DNA of 17,570 nucleotides from a virus (Duplodnaviria > Heunggongvirae > Uroviricota > Caudoviricetes). Shown here piece after piece: positions 1 to 8,425 of the stretch; positions within the stretch are counted from its first letter, which is position 1, and each line of letters opens with the position of its first letter. The notes under the pieces are model-generated. The model had not been told where the DNA came from. It did no database searches and saw only the letters and a list, made by a program, of their open reading frames with translations. Location: positions 1-17,570 of IMG/VR virus record IMGVR_UViG_3300003324_000363; one strand, written 5' to 3'. A program made the position numbers and the translations under genes.

Positions 1-1
1 T

Positions 2-379
2 AGTACCTGTTTTTGTTCCGTTGCTGGTTCTCCAGACATATGCATTTACATAAACTACCTGATTGCTACTAGAAACTGGAAAATTAGCATTGGCGTTGCT
101 TTCAGCAGCTGCAAAATCATATGTCCATGTATTGGCAGCTATAGATGTTTGATTTAGCTTTGGGCTTACAAATTTTGTATAGTAATACTTCTTGAGAGTT
201 GCTACTGCAATACTCGATTGGGCTATGCTAGTTTGCCCACCACCTATCGTGGTGTCCATTGTTCTATTTACTGTTTGAGCATCCCCGTCTTGGTCAGAAG
301 TCAGTGTGCTCTGCTCAGCAGTTGGCAATGTGCCCGTTAATGTTGAACTTGCAGCATGAAAATATAGTGTTGTTGCCAT
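2..379 (-). CDS. Virion/tail-associated protein, partial (runs off left edge)
   Basis: Hand translation from ATG at 379 (TAATG overlap with upstream stop): MATTLYFHAASSTLTGTLPTAEQSTLTSDQDGDAQ...YYYTKFVSPKLNQTSIAANTWTYDFAAAESNANANFP...; open to the edge; T/S/A/N-rich beta-type composition; not in the ORF track. Confidence 0.7.
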   Translation of the reverse strand, partial: MATTLYFHAASSTLTGTLPTAEQSTLTSDQDGDAQTVNRTMDTTIGGGQTSIAQSSIAVATLKKYYYTKFVSPKLNQTSIAANTWTYDFAAAESNANANFPVSSSNQVVYVNAYVWRTSNGTKTGT

Positions 380-636
380 TACAGATACTCCCCTGATAAT
401 CCACAGTTACAACTACAACCTTCTGGTCTTGTTGGTATATCCAATCTATCAATATTCCATTTGCCGTTTTCAAATTTATCTAATATAGGATTGATAGCAC
501 CTTCTAAACATGGTGGATTTTCAGGATGTGAACACTTTCCTCTAATTATCCATTCTTGCCCACTTTGTAAATCACAATAAATTGTGCATTGATCTGTTTC
601 TTGAAGTATCAAAATGTTTTCATCTACTGTTATCAT
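379..636 (-). CDS. Small Cys-rich protein (7 Cys), possible metal-binding, in the structural gene cluster
   Basis: 85 aa; CTIYC, CSHPENPPC, CSCNC; TAATG coupling on both sides. Confidence 0.65.
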   Translation of the reverse strand: MITVDENILILQETDQCTIYCDLQSGQEWIIRGKCSHPENPPCLEGAINPILDKFENGKWNIDRLDIPTRPEGCSCNCGLSGEYL

Positions 637-1973
637 TATCCAGCCACCGCAGCGTCAGTTGTATATTCTATAGATACTCCCATAAATAGAGCTGCTGCTG
701 CCAATGTGTCGCCTGATTGCCTTTCTACTCTCAATTGAATCATTTTTGTATCTGCTGGTGTGCCAGCTATTGTTATTGCAGATGTTTGCCCTGATATGTT
801 TAGGGTACTTGCTGCATTATTTGCGTCAGCTATGCTTTGCTGTGTTCCTTGAGCTGCATCAATTGCTGCATTATCACCAAAAGCTACACCAGATACAAAC
901 CAAGTAACACTGTTAGTACTTGAAGAAGTTGTCAGCCAATAAACTCTGGCTTTAACTGTACCGTTGTTATAATTTCTAGGCATAGTAATTGTTGTTTCAG
1001 CTCTATTTGTTGCTCCAGAAGCAAATGATATGGATTGATAATTCAATTTGTTTGTGCCTGTTTCAGTTTTTGCTAATGCTGTAGCACCAGAGGTCGTTGT
1101 AATCCAAAATGCAGCTGCTGGAATCCAAACATCGTGCAGTCCTACAGGTGAAACTTTGCTAAGTAGTACTTTTTTCAATGCTGTAGCAGATGCGTCATAA
1201 GTAAGAATGTAATCTGCTGTTGCATCTGGGGCAGTGTCTTCTGTTTGCCCACTTATCACTTCTTTTTGTAATGGGTCAGCTCCAGATGGCGAATGTCTTG
1301 CAGCATGACTTATTGGAGTTGATAATGCTCGCCATCTTTGTGTTGTGTTATCGTAATGAATTATAATGCACTGGTCTGGCTCTAATGTAATGTCAGAGCT
1401 TAATGCAAATCTATTTGCTGCTGTACCTGTAGAACCATCATCGTCTTTTAGTACAATATTAAAACTGCCTATATTATGAAGTGCTAAAACTCTGCCATCT
1501 GCTCCACCTGCAATACTTGTGATGTTTCTACTTGCATCTGTTGAAAGTCTCAGCCAATTTGCAGTACTTAGGTTTGTTGGATTATAATCATTCTGATTTG
1601 CTGTTATTTGAGCTGGTGAAAGTACACCATTTATTGCTAAATCAGAACTTGCCTTTGTTCCATCACTTAATGTTTTATTCTTTAAAGTCTGTGCAAATGT
1701 TATGAATGTAAATGTATCATCTGCTGTTAGCAATGGCAAAGTTATGTTTCTATCAGCAGCTACAGCTGATGTATTCAAAATATATGCAAACGTGTTAGCA
1801 GGGTTTCTAAACCTTGGAACCTGATTTCTCCAAGTTGTATTTGTAACAATATCAACAACATCACCATCAGGGTCAGCAGTTGCAGCCAAATACTTGTTAA
1901 TCTTATCTATGCTGTCTGAGCCATGATGTGTGGAATCGCCATTATCAGAAACAGCAACTATCTTGAATGTCAA
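636..1973 (-). CDS. Tail fibre/spike-like virion protein
   Basis: 445 aa, T/A/S/N-rich and modular; segments such as ITANQNDYNPTNL...NRFALSSDITLEPDQCIIIHYDNTTQRWR and a C-terminal beta-sandwich-like region resemble phage fibre proteins (from recall, not searched). Confidence 0.65.
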   Translation of the reverse strand: MTFKIVAVSDNGDSTHHGSDSIDKINKYLAATADPDGDVVDIVTNTTWRNQVPRFRNPANTFAYILNTSAVAADRNITLPLLTADDTFTFITFAQTLKNKTLSDGTKASSDLAINGVLSPAQITANQNDYNPTNLSTANWLRLSTDASRNITSIAGGADGRVLALHNIGSFNIVLKDDDGSTGTAANRFALSSDITLEPDQCIIIHYDNTTQRWRALSTPISHAARHSPSGADPLQKEVISGQTEDTAPDATADYILTYDASATALKKVLLSKVSPVGLHDVWIPAAAFWITTTSGATALAKTETGTNKLNYQSISFASGATNRAETTITMPRNYNNGTVKARVYWLTTSSSTNSVTWFVSGVAFGDNAAIDAAQGTQQSIADANNAASTLNISGQTSAITIAGTPADTKMIQLRVERQSGDTLAAAALFMGVSIEYTTDAAVAG

Positions 1974-1974
1974 G

Positions 1975-2448
1975 TTATTCTTCCCACACTACTGTGACTT
2001 GGAACTTTTGTGCTCCAACTGACGATGGTGTGGTAAGACATACTGCAAAAAAGCTGCTGGAAGTCTTTGTTACAAATGCCATCGTATCATCTCTTGCTAT
2101 GTACTCAAATGTTTCCCTGCCGTTTTTGATTATAGTGTCTAGAACAGTGTTAGTTCCACCACCAAGAGCAAGTGCCGTTGTTCCGTTCTTTGCTTTAAGT
2201 GTCAATGCTGATGCTCTCTGTGCTTGATCAATAGGATAGACGTTTGGAGTGACACTTGAACCAGCAGTTGATGTGGTTTCATGATAAAGTCTTACACGGA
2301 AGTCCCAGTCTTTGCCTGTAGTGTCAGTACCGTCACCATACCTCACCCTTATTAAATATATTTCAGCCTTACCAGAAATTTCTACAAATATATCTTCGCC
2401 GGCAGAAGCACTGGTTGACGCATTAACTGTGGTAATATAACGTGGCAT
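1975..2448 (-). CDS. Putative virion beta-sandwich protein
   Basis: 157 aa, alternating hydrophobic beta pattern, ends FQVTVVWEE; lies among structural-type genes. Confidence 0.55.
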   Translation of the reverse strand: MPRYITTVNASTSASAGEDIFVEISGKAEIYLIRVRYGDGTDTTGKDWDFRVRLYHETTSTAGSSVTPNVYPIDQAQRASALTLKAKNGTTALALGGGTNTVLDTIIKNGRETFEYIARDDTMAFVTKTSSSFFAVCLTTPSSVGAQKFQVTVVWEE

Positions 2449-2466
2449 GAATAAGAAAGTTGCTTA

Positions 2467-2473
2467 TTATATA
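2467..2473 (-). promoter_or_regulatory. Candidate archaeal TATA box (TATATAA) for the gene starting at 2448
   Basis: About 19 nt upstream of the ATG in a short intergenic gap. Confidence 0.35.
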
Positions 2474-2489
2474 GTGAAAAGAACTATTG

Positions 2490-2966
2490 CTACTTTTCAG
2501 CTGCATTAAAGTCAGGTGCATGGAATGGTGCCATTTCTCTAAAACGTGGCAGATTTTGTATAATATCAGTTTCTTCATATATCAAATTGATAGATTGAAC
2601 ATCTTCGCCAGCTATGTTTTTCCTCCAGCCAATGATCCAAAAGGCAGCTATTGGTTTACCAACTTCCATAATGGTGCGTCTTGTCCAAATAAATTTTTTA
2701 TCAGGTTCTAAAATGAGCTGAAAGATAAGATGACTGCTAAATACGCCTTCATCAACTTCACGTTTTCTATAAACATCAACAACTTCCAAGCCTTCCCTCT
2801 TCAATGTGCCCCACGTGCATTCATTTTCAGCAAGCTGATCTTTCTTATCAGTTAGAAGCTGCATTATTCTGCCATCATTGTAGTGTAAGAAAAACTCTAG
2901 ATAAGTTTTGTAGACAGGAAGCTGTTCTTGGCTCTCTTCTGCTACTGTTTGAACCTTAGAAGACAT
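2490..2966 (-). CDS. Hypothetical protein
   Basis: 158 aa ORF, co-directional with neighbours. Confidence 0.65.
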   Translation of the reverse strand: MSSKVQTVAEESQEQLPVYKTYLEFFLHYNDGRIMQLLTDKKDQLAENECTWGTLKREGLEVVDVYRKREVDEGVFSSHLIFQLILEPDKKFIWTRRTIMEVGKPIAAFWIIGWRKNIAGEDVQSINLIYEETDIIQNLPRFREMAPFHAPDFNAAEK

Positions 2967-2990
2967 TGTATTGTGCTTCTCCTATGAACT

Positions 2991-3524
2991 CTACGTTTCG
3001 TCATAAGTCCAAGTAAAAGTCTCTTGGTTAGTTGGGCCGGGATTAGCTGTGCTTGCTACTTCAATCTGATACACAACCCTATCACCAAACTGTCCTGTGC
3101 TAGATTGTGAACCTGTTACTGATTTTGGCGAACCTGAAGTAAAAGCAAAGCAATCTGAAGTTGCACCTGCCAATGTTGAATAGTTTGTAGTATTCAGCAC
3201 ATCGCCTGTCGTATCTTGTGTCCCTGTAGCTTGAACATAGCCAGTTGCTGTGTTCATTTTGCATGTAACACCAGTACCAAATCCGTTAGCACCGTCTGTG
3301 TACCACTTCAAGTTGGTAATGTTTGTGGCTGGGGCTACAGTAGCATCCAATCGTGTAACTACCCAATAGCTGTAATTTGTTCCAGAGGTGGGAACTACAA
3401 TTGGGTGTGTGGTATCTGCTGTAGTATGACCGTCAAACGCATTAGCACGTGTATTTATAGAAGTAATGTCTGTTGCAGTAGGGCCAGCTCCTGTCAAACG
3501 TCTAATCAAAACTGTTGCTACCAT
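2991..3524 (-). CDS. Putative virion structural protein (T/G-rich beta fold)
   Basis: 177 aa, T/G/S-rich, ends ETFTWTYDET; lies downstream of the portal. Confidence 0.6.
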   Translation of the reverse strand: MVATVLIRRLTGAGPTATDITSINTRANAFDGHTTADTTHPIVVPTSGTNYSYWVVTRLDATVAPATNITNLKWYTDGANGFGTGVTCKMNTATGYVQATGTQDTTGDVLNTTNYSTLAGATSDCFAFTSGSPKSVTGSQSSTGQFGDRVVYQIEVASTANPGPTNQETFTWTYDET

Positions 3525-3531
3525 TTATTCA

Positions 3532-3867
3532 TCAACCTATAACACATGTAAAGCCCCATGATGCATTCAAAGGAACTAATCGTTCAGTGTTTGGACTGAA
3601 TGTAAAATCAACATTGCCTGTCTGTCCCGGCATTAGATATTTAGGATGTGATGTTATGTGCAAGTCTTTATCTTCTGTGTGTGGGTCTGTAAGCTCGACC
3701 GGATATGTAAATTCATTCTTTACAATGAGTGTAAATCTTTTCTCAATGCCCGGTATTGTCTTTCCCAAGTCAAATGTAGTCATGCCCTCTTTGTTTATCT
3801 GTAGCTTTTGTCTTGTTTCAGGTGAGTAGTAACCAAGTATTTCTGGACGTTTAGGACGTTCACTCAT
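3532..3867 (-). CDS. Small Ig-like/PapD-like fold protein (tentative)
   Basis: 111 aa; FTLIVKNEFTYPVEL...LMPGQTGNVDFTFSP fits an Ig-like strand pattern; start overlaps the portal stop. Confidence 0.5.
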   Translation of the reverse strand: MSERPKRPEILGYYSPETRQKLQINKEGMTTFDLGKTIPGIEKRFTLIVKNEFTYPVELTDPHTEDKDLHITSHPKYLMPGQTGNVDFTFSPNTERLVPLNASWGFTCVIG

Positions 3868-5249
3868 TGCTTCTTTCTCATCTCTTCCATCTTTTTACGT
3901 AGTAATTCAGAAGCAAGCAGTTTGTTTTCTTCTGTCTTTTCTTGCATTTCTAATTGTCTCAAGTTCTTTTGTGCTATCTGCTGACTTAATTGCTGTTGCT
4001 GTTGTTGCATCTGTTGTTTTTGTTGCTGTTCTGTGTTATACAAAACATCGTCTAGCTTCCATCCTCTTGATTTTAATATTTCCCTGCCTTCTGCAACACT
4101 TACCAAGCCTAAGCCAAGTGCATCTACAAGCCCAGCCGGCATTACAATTTCAAAATCATCAATTGCACCCCATGCAAAATTTACAGGTGGGGCAGGCTTC
4201 TTGAATACACGTGGAAGTACCTCAACATTGAAGATACGTTCAATACGTTTCATTAAGCCAAGTAGCCTAACATCATCTCTTGCTTTTGCTACTCTAGCAT
4301 CAGCCATTGCACTTGGGTTTGTAATTTCACGAATAGCCGAACTCTGCAAGCCAGACTCCAATTCAGCATCCATAACTGGTGTTATTGTGCCTATAAGTCC
4401 ACCACGACCATCAATTGTTTCAGTAAGCAATGTTGGTGCTCTGTTTGTGATACGTCTATCACCCGGTTTCATGTTAAGCAAAGCATCACGCTGCTTTCTG
4501 TAAGCTTCTTCTGTTATGTTTTCATAAGCCCATACAACAATAGGTGACGCATACTTATCTTCAATTTTAGCTAGATTCTGCATGTGCTTACGGTATAGAT
4601 CAAGAAATGGCTGGCTGGCTGAACCTTCATACTCAAATGAAGTCATCAAGCTGTGAAATGAACCAATGCCCCATGGTGCTCTATTGATTTCAATATATTT
4701 GGAATGAATGTATTGATCAATATCCAGTGGCAGGTCTTCCCATTTGCCATTAACAGCAACAATGTATTTTGTTGGTTTGCCGTAGTCGTCCCTTCTCATT
4801 CCAACAATTGTATTCAAAGGCACTGGCATCCAATCTGTAGTACCAATCATGTTGTTGCCACAAATAAGCCAGTCCCTAACCATGTTCTCTATTAGTCTGG
4901 TTGTAGCCTCATTGAAATCATCATCCCACTGTTCTGCTTGCTTTACTGCTGTTTCATTGCCATCAAAATACCAGTCACGTGCAAGAATGGCTGCAACAAA
5001 GCTATCCACAACGTTCTGTACCTTGCCTATTGTTGTGTAATACTTGTATGCTGTACGAAATGGAACTTCTGGCTGTATTACATACTGATAGCCATTATAA
5101 TTTAAGTCAGAAACCTTGCTAGATTGTTTTATTGCTTCATTTACACTGCCATGACGCATTGGGTCAAATGGGTCAGATACTGTCTCGTTGAAAATAAAGT
5201 TCTCTTTCTTCAGTGTAAAAGCAGAACTAATTTTATCTAGAATTCCCAT
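3864..5249 (-). CDS. Portal protein
   Basis: 461 aa; YKYYTTIGKVQNVVDSFVAAIL, MVRDWLICGNNMI and the C-terminal GLVSVAEGREIL match typical portal motifs and size; same strand as the terminase. Confidence 0.8.
   Translation of the reverse strand: MGILDKISSAFTLKKENFIFNETVSDPFDPMRHGSVNEAIKQSSKVSDLNYNGYQYVIQPEVPFRTAYKYYTTIGKVQNVVDSFVAAILARDWYFDGNETAVKQAEQWDDDFNEATTRLIENMVRDWLICGNNMIGTTDWMPVPLNTIVGMRRDDYGKPTKYIVAVNGKWEDLPLDIDQYIHSKYIEINRAPWGIGSFHSLMTSFEYEGSASQPFLDLYRKHMQNLAKIEDKYASPIVVWAYENITEEAYRKQRDALLNMKPGDRRITNRAPTLLTETIDGRGGLIGTITPVMDAELESGLQSSAIREITNPSAMADARVAKARDDVRLLGLMKRIERIFNVEVLPRVFKKPAPPVNFAWGAIDDFEIVMPAGLVDALGLGLVSVAEGREILKSRGWKLDDVLYNTEQQQKQQMQQQQQQLSQQIAQKNLRQLEMQEKTEENKLLASELLRKKMEEMRKKQ
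3985..4035 (-). repeat. Imperfect CAA/CAG trinucleotide run encoding the Gln-rich portal tail
   Basis: EQQQKQQMQQQQQQLSQQ; + strand reads tgttgctgttgctgttgttgc... Confidence 0.8.
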
Positions 5250-5298
5250 AAGTTAGCTAACAGAACACAATTACAGGTTACAAATAAAGAAGAACTAT

Positions 5299-5463
5299 TC
5301 AATATGCATGTACTTTACGTTTGTGCTCACGTACTTTGCCATAACTAAGAAAGCCATCTTTCAAGCATATTGAACATTTGAATCTGATGTATTTTTGTGC
5401 AGGTAGCAATGTGTCTTTAATCAAATACATAGCTGCTTTAGACCATATCTTTTTTGTTTTCAT
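5299..5463 (-). CDS. C2H2 zinc-finger microprotein (54 aa)
   Basis: Hand translation: MKTKKIWSKAAMYLIKDTLLPAQKYIRFKCSICLKDGFLSYGKVREHKRKVHAY; F-x-C-x2-C...F...H-x4-H; ATGA overlap with upstream ORF. Confidence 0.75.
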   Translation of the reverse strand: MKTKKIWSKAAMYLIKDTLLPAQKYIRFKCSICLKDGFLSYGKVREHKRKVHAY

Positions 5464-5696
5464 TTTGGCTCATAGCTCACCTGAAAGAATGCTTTTACTC
5501 CACAAATATCACAGCTTGGGTCGCCATGAGATAGAAATTGAGTTGTAACAAAAACTTGTTTATTTTTAGCTTCTGCAATATATTGTATGCATTTTAACGG
5601 TAAATGGTCACTGCAACAGAATCCCATAACCATGAATGTAACCTGTCTTCTACAAAATAAGCTTTGTTCTGTTTCAGGTGGAAGATTCCTTTGCAT
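5460..5696 (-). CDS. Cys-rich hypothetical, possible zinc-binding
   Basis: 78 aa; C..., CCSDH...C, CDIC. Confidence 0.6.
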   Translation of the reverse strand: MQRNLPPETEQSLFCRRQVTFMVMGFCCSDHLPLKCIQYIAEAKNKQVFVTTQFLSHGDPSCDICGVKAFFQVSYEPK

Positions 5697-5922
5697 CTTG
5701 TTTTACATCCATATATTCAATATGAAGCCAGTCAACCACATGCCATTTGAATACATCAAAAGCCTTAGTCTTGAAATCAATATATAATGTGTTGCCAACT
5801 AATTGCACAATGACTTCTTCACATTCTAATTGTGCTGCGTATTTGCTACATTCAAGTTCAAATCCCCACTGGGTACGTATGTAACAATCTTTTACTTCTA
5901 ATCCGTTGTATGTGATTTTCAT
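5674..5922 (-). CDS. Hypothetical protein (likely start MKITYNG at 5922)
   Basis: ATG at 5922 forms an ATGA overlap with the upstream stop; the longer ORF-track start overlaps the neighbouring gene. Confidence 0.6.
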   Translation of the reverse strand: MKITYNGLEVKDCYIRTQWGFELECSKYAAQLECEEVIVQLVGNTLYIDFKTKAFDVFKWHVVDWLHIEYMDVKQDAKESST

Positions 5923-6182
5923 TGTTCGGCCTCTTTCTTTTCCCATAACGGCCACACTTCTTCTCCTTTCTCTAAAGGCTTGGCACACCACGGGCAGAAC
6001 ATAATGTCTGGAAGATACGTAATACCATCACCACGTACTGCCCATCCCCTATTCTCATATTCTGCTCTCATTCCTTGTGGCACAAAATAGCCTATTTCCC
6101 CTGCATCCCAATTTGGACGTTCTGAGTAATGATTAACATATTCTTTCATTGTTTGACAACATGGTTTTGGAAGGAATTTCAT
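5919..6182 (-). CDS. Hypothetical protein with CC...CPWC zinc-ribbon-like motif
   Basis: 87 aa; PCCQTM...IMFCPWCAKPL. Confidence 0.65.
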   Translation of the reverse strand: MKFLPKPCCQTMKEYVNHYSERPNWDAGEIGYFVPQGMRAEYENRGWAVRGDGITYLPDIMFCPWCAKPLEKGEEVWPLWEKKEAEQ

Positions 6183-6322
6183 TTTTTACGTTCTTCCCCT
6201 ACAGCATAGTTAGCAAAATCAATCATTGCTATCTTATAGCAACGATCTAATGTTTCGTTATCGTGATTCAAGTAATATTCACCACAAATATAGCATATTC
6301 TGCCCAGATTTAGTTCACTCAT
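6179..6322 (-). CDS. CxxC-H-C zinc-finger microprotein (47 aa)
   Basis: Hand translation: MSELNLGRICYICGEYYLNHDNETLDRCYKIAMIDFANYAVGEERKK; ATGA overlaps at both ends. Confidence 0.7.
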   Translation of the reverse strand: MSELNLGRICYICGEYYLNHDNETLDRCYKIAMIDFANYAVGEERKK

Positions 6323-6513
6323 TTCTTTCTCACAACTGTCTTGCCGTCATCATTGTTTGATACTGTAACAATATCAGAATCAGTAATACCATACTTTGGT
6401 GCCATTTCTTTCATAGCTTCATTTAAAGCACAAGCCATCTCGTCTAGGTTCTTCTTTTTCATTATTGTATTTAGCTTTTCAGCATCCTGCTCATCTAGTG
6501 GAACAATCGTCAT
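6319..6513 (-). CDS. Small protein, possibly ribbon-helix-helix-like DNA binder
   Basis: 64 aa; MTIVPLDEQDAEKLNTIM...ALNEAMKE has a strand-helix-helix pattern; has its own TATA box. Confidence 0.45.
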   Translation of the reverse strand: MTIVPLDEQDAEKLNTIMKKKNLDEMACALNEAMKEMAPKYGITDSDIVTVSNNDDGKTVVRKK

Positions 6514-6536
6514 AGGTGTTATTACAAAATCAGGTG

Positions 6537-6543
6537 TTTATAA
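6537..6543 (-). promoter_or_regulatory. Archaeal TATA box (TTATAAA)
   Basis: 24 nt upstream of ATG 6513; AACACCT occurs twice (6532-6538 and 6514-6520). Confidence 0.55.
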
Positions 6544-6666
6544 CTATGTTGATGTTCTACAGCAGATACATTTACAACTACAAGCAACTTCTTCTATCTT
6601 ACTGCCAGACGCATCTTGACAAAAACATTCACAATAGATACATTGTGTAGGCGTGTATTCTGTCAT
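6544..6666 (-). CDS. Cys-rich 40-aa peptide, metallothionein-like CxC clusters
   Basis: Hand translation: MTEYTPTQCIYCECFCQDASGSKIEEVACSCKCICCRTST (9 Cys); fills the gap between neighbours. Confidence 0.6.
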   Translation of the reverse strand: MTEYTPTQCIYCECFCQDASGSKIEEVACSCKCICCRTST

Positions 6667-6671
6667 CAAAA

Positions 6672-6941
6672 TCATTTAGCACCTGTGATATTAAAGTAGC
6701 CGTTGTGTGGGCAAACAATTACAGGTTCAAATGAGCATTTGTTATCAGTACATTTGTTAATGAATAGCTGTAAACAATATGGATGTGTAGCCAAGTAGTT
6801 TTCTGTTGCTTTTGTCGTATGGTATATCTGTGTTTCATCAGGAGAAACCTTTATTGTAGAAACCAGAGCACGACCAACAGCAACAGCTAATAAAATTGCA
6901 ACAACTATTATAGTGCAAAAGACAATAGGTGTTGGAATCAT
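6672..6941 (-). CDS. Small membrane protein (N-terminal TM, Cys/His C-terminus)
   Basis: IVFCTIIVVAILLAVAVG hydrophobic stretch. Confidence 0.65.
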   Translation of the reverse strand: MIPTPIVFCTIIVVAILLAVAVGRALVSTIKVSPDETQIYHTTKATENYLATHPYCLQLFINKCTDNKCSFEPVIVCPHNGYFNITGAK

Positions 6942-6942
6942 A

Positions 6943-7176
6943 CTACTTAGGCACCACCTTACATTCTGTTATTTCTGTGTGATGATAGATAGGCACAATG
7001 CTGCTTCCTACATGTATGAATTGAACCCAATCATGATATTTGCCTGTGCCATAGCACACTTCTTTCAATCTTTTAGCATCTAGTTCTGCATCGTGTTGTA
7101 TTTTAGCTTCAACTGCCCATGCAATTAAGCCGCCAACTCCTACAGCAATGAGTATGAGCAATATCTTCATATTCAC
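6943..7176 (-). CDS. Small membrane protein
   Basis: KILLILIAVGVGGLIAWAV TM segment. Confidence 0.65.
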   Translation of the reverse strand: MNMKILLILIAVGVGGLIAWAVEAKIQHDAELDAKRLKEVCYGTGKYHDWVQFIHVGSSIVPIYHHTEITECKVVPK

Positions 7177-7298
7177 AGTCTATCTACACTCCCACACACA
7201 TTACAAAAACGAACACATATTTCTTTGCCTTGGATAACACGTCTGTTGAATATGATAGCATCACTACCACATGCCCTGCATGACTCATACCGTGACAT
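7173..7298 (-). CDS. Zinc-ribbon microprotein (41 aa)
   Basis: Hand translation: MSRYESCRACGSDAIIFNRRVIQGKEICVRFCNVCGSVDRL; CxxCG twice; TTTATAA at 7331-7325 upstream. Confidence 0.7.
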   Translation of the reverse strand: MSRYESCRACGSDAIIFNRRVIQGKEICVRFCNVCGSVDRL

Positions 7299-7346
7299 TT
7301 AGAACATATGGGTGGTTAGCCGGATTATAAATCCTGCTACGTTTTG

Positions 7347-8297
7347 TTAGTTACTCACAGTAAAGCTTACTGTTGGTGCAAGTTTGAATGATACTGTTGT
7401 TGTGTTTGATGCTCCATCTGTAGCCTGTACACTTATTGTGTGTTGTGCAAATGTTGTTATGGTTACAGAAGCAGACCATGATGTAGTACCACTTGCTAGT
7501 TGATAAGCACCACCATCTACTGATACTTTCACAGAAGCAATACCAGAGCCAGAATCTGAAGCAGTGCCTGATATACCAACAGGAACGTTCCCAGATGTGC
7601 CGGTAACAACTTGACCAATAACAGGTGATGTTATTGTTATTGTTGGTGCAGTAGTATCGGTAGGAGTATTGGAAACTGTAACACTTTCAACTGCTGAAGA
7701 ACCTGTGACATTGTAGCCATTGATAGCTTTTGCTTGCAATGTATGAGTGCCTGTACTTAATGTTGCTGTGTCCAAGTTTATCGTGTAAGTATCCATAATC
7801 TGGCTGTTAGTATTACCGGCTATTGATGATTTCAATACACCATCAACAAATAGCTGAACTGTGGTTATCCCAGCAAAAGCACCAGCTTGAATCTTTACTG
7901 GAACGATTCCTGTTACTGTAGCATTGGCAACAGGTGAAGCAATTGATACTACAGGAGCAGCCGTAGCTGAACCTACATATAACAACATAGAATTACTTAC
8001 GACAGCACCATCTGGTGTTTTAGCCACAACTGTTTGTGGGTTAGCAACCAGTGGAATGTCTTGTGCAGGAGTAATACATGTAACATAACCATTATTTGTT
8101 GATATTTGCTTATACTGCGTTCCATTGAGATAAAAATTGATAGGTGTGCCATTAGGAACAAAAGCTCCATTTGCGTCCTTAACTTGAGCAGACATGTAAG
8201 CTGTACTGCCATACGTCATGAAAACCGGGTCTGTGCTAGGAGTTGCTTTGACTACGTTAGAATTGTATAGTAATATGCTAGCTACTGCCACAATCAA
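7347..8297 (-). CDS. Secreted or surface protein with three bacterial-Ig-like (Big) domains
   Basis: Hydrophobic N-terminus; VSIASPVANATVTG...LFVDGVLK...DTATLSTGTHTLQAKA and DTTAPTITITSP...ISGTASDSGSGIASVKVSVDGG...HTISVQATD are typical Big-domain repeats; start may be the GTG at 8291. Confidence 0.8.
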   Translation of the reverse strand: MIVAVASILLYNSNVVKATPSTDPVFMTYGSTAYMSAQVKDANGAFVPNGTPINFYLNGTQYKQISTNNGYVTCITPAQDIPLVANPQTVVAKTPDGAVVSNSMLLYVGSATAAPVVSIASPVANATVTGIVPVKIQAGAFAGITTVQLFVDGVLKSSIAGNTNSQIMDTYTINLDTATLSTGTHTLQAKAINGYNVTGSSAVESVTVSNTPTDTTAPTITITSPVIGQVVTGTSGNVPVGISGTASDSGSGIASVKVSVDGGAYQLASGTTSWSASVTITTFAQHTISVQATDGASNTTTVSFKLAPTVSFTVSN

Positions 8298-8314
8298 CGA
8301 TTATGGAAGTGGCG

Positions 8315-8404
8315 TATTTAAACCTGTATTTCCAGTAACAATGTTGCCTAGATTATAAATTATGCTATCTGCCAATCTTAACGTCTCTACTACAAATATT
8401 TAAA
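8315..8404. promoter_or_regulatory. Divergent archaeal promoter pair
   Basis: TTTAAATA on minus (8322-8315) upstream of the Ig-like gene; TTTAAA on plus (8399-8404) 22 nt before ATG 8426. Confidence 0.55.
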
Positions 8405-8425
8405 CAGGACAAACATAGCTAAATT

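Noticed and set aside
704-5787. Plus-strand ORFs in the track (704, 1967, 2487, 3216, 3515, 3971, 4033, 4704, 4849, 5587)
   Set aside because: They are antisense shadows of longer, motif-bearing minus-strand genes and have no recognisable features.
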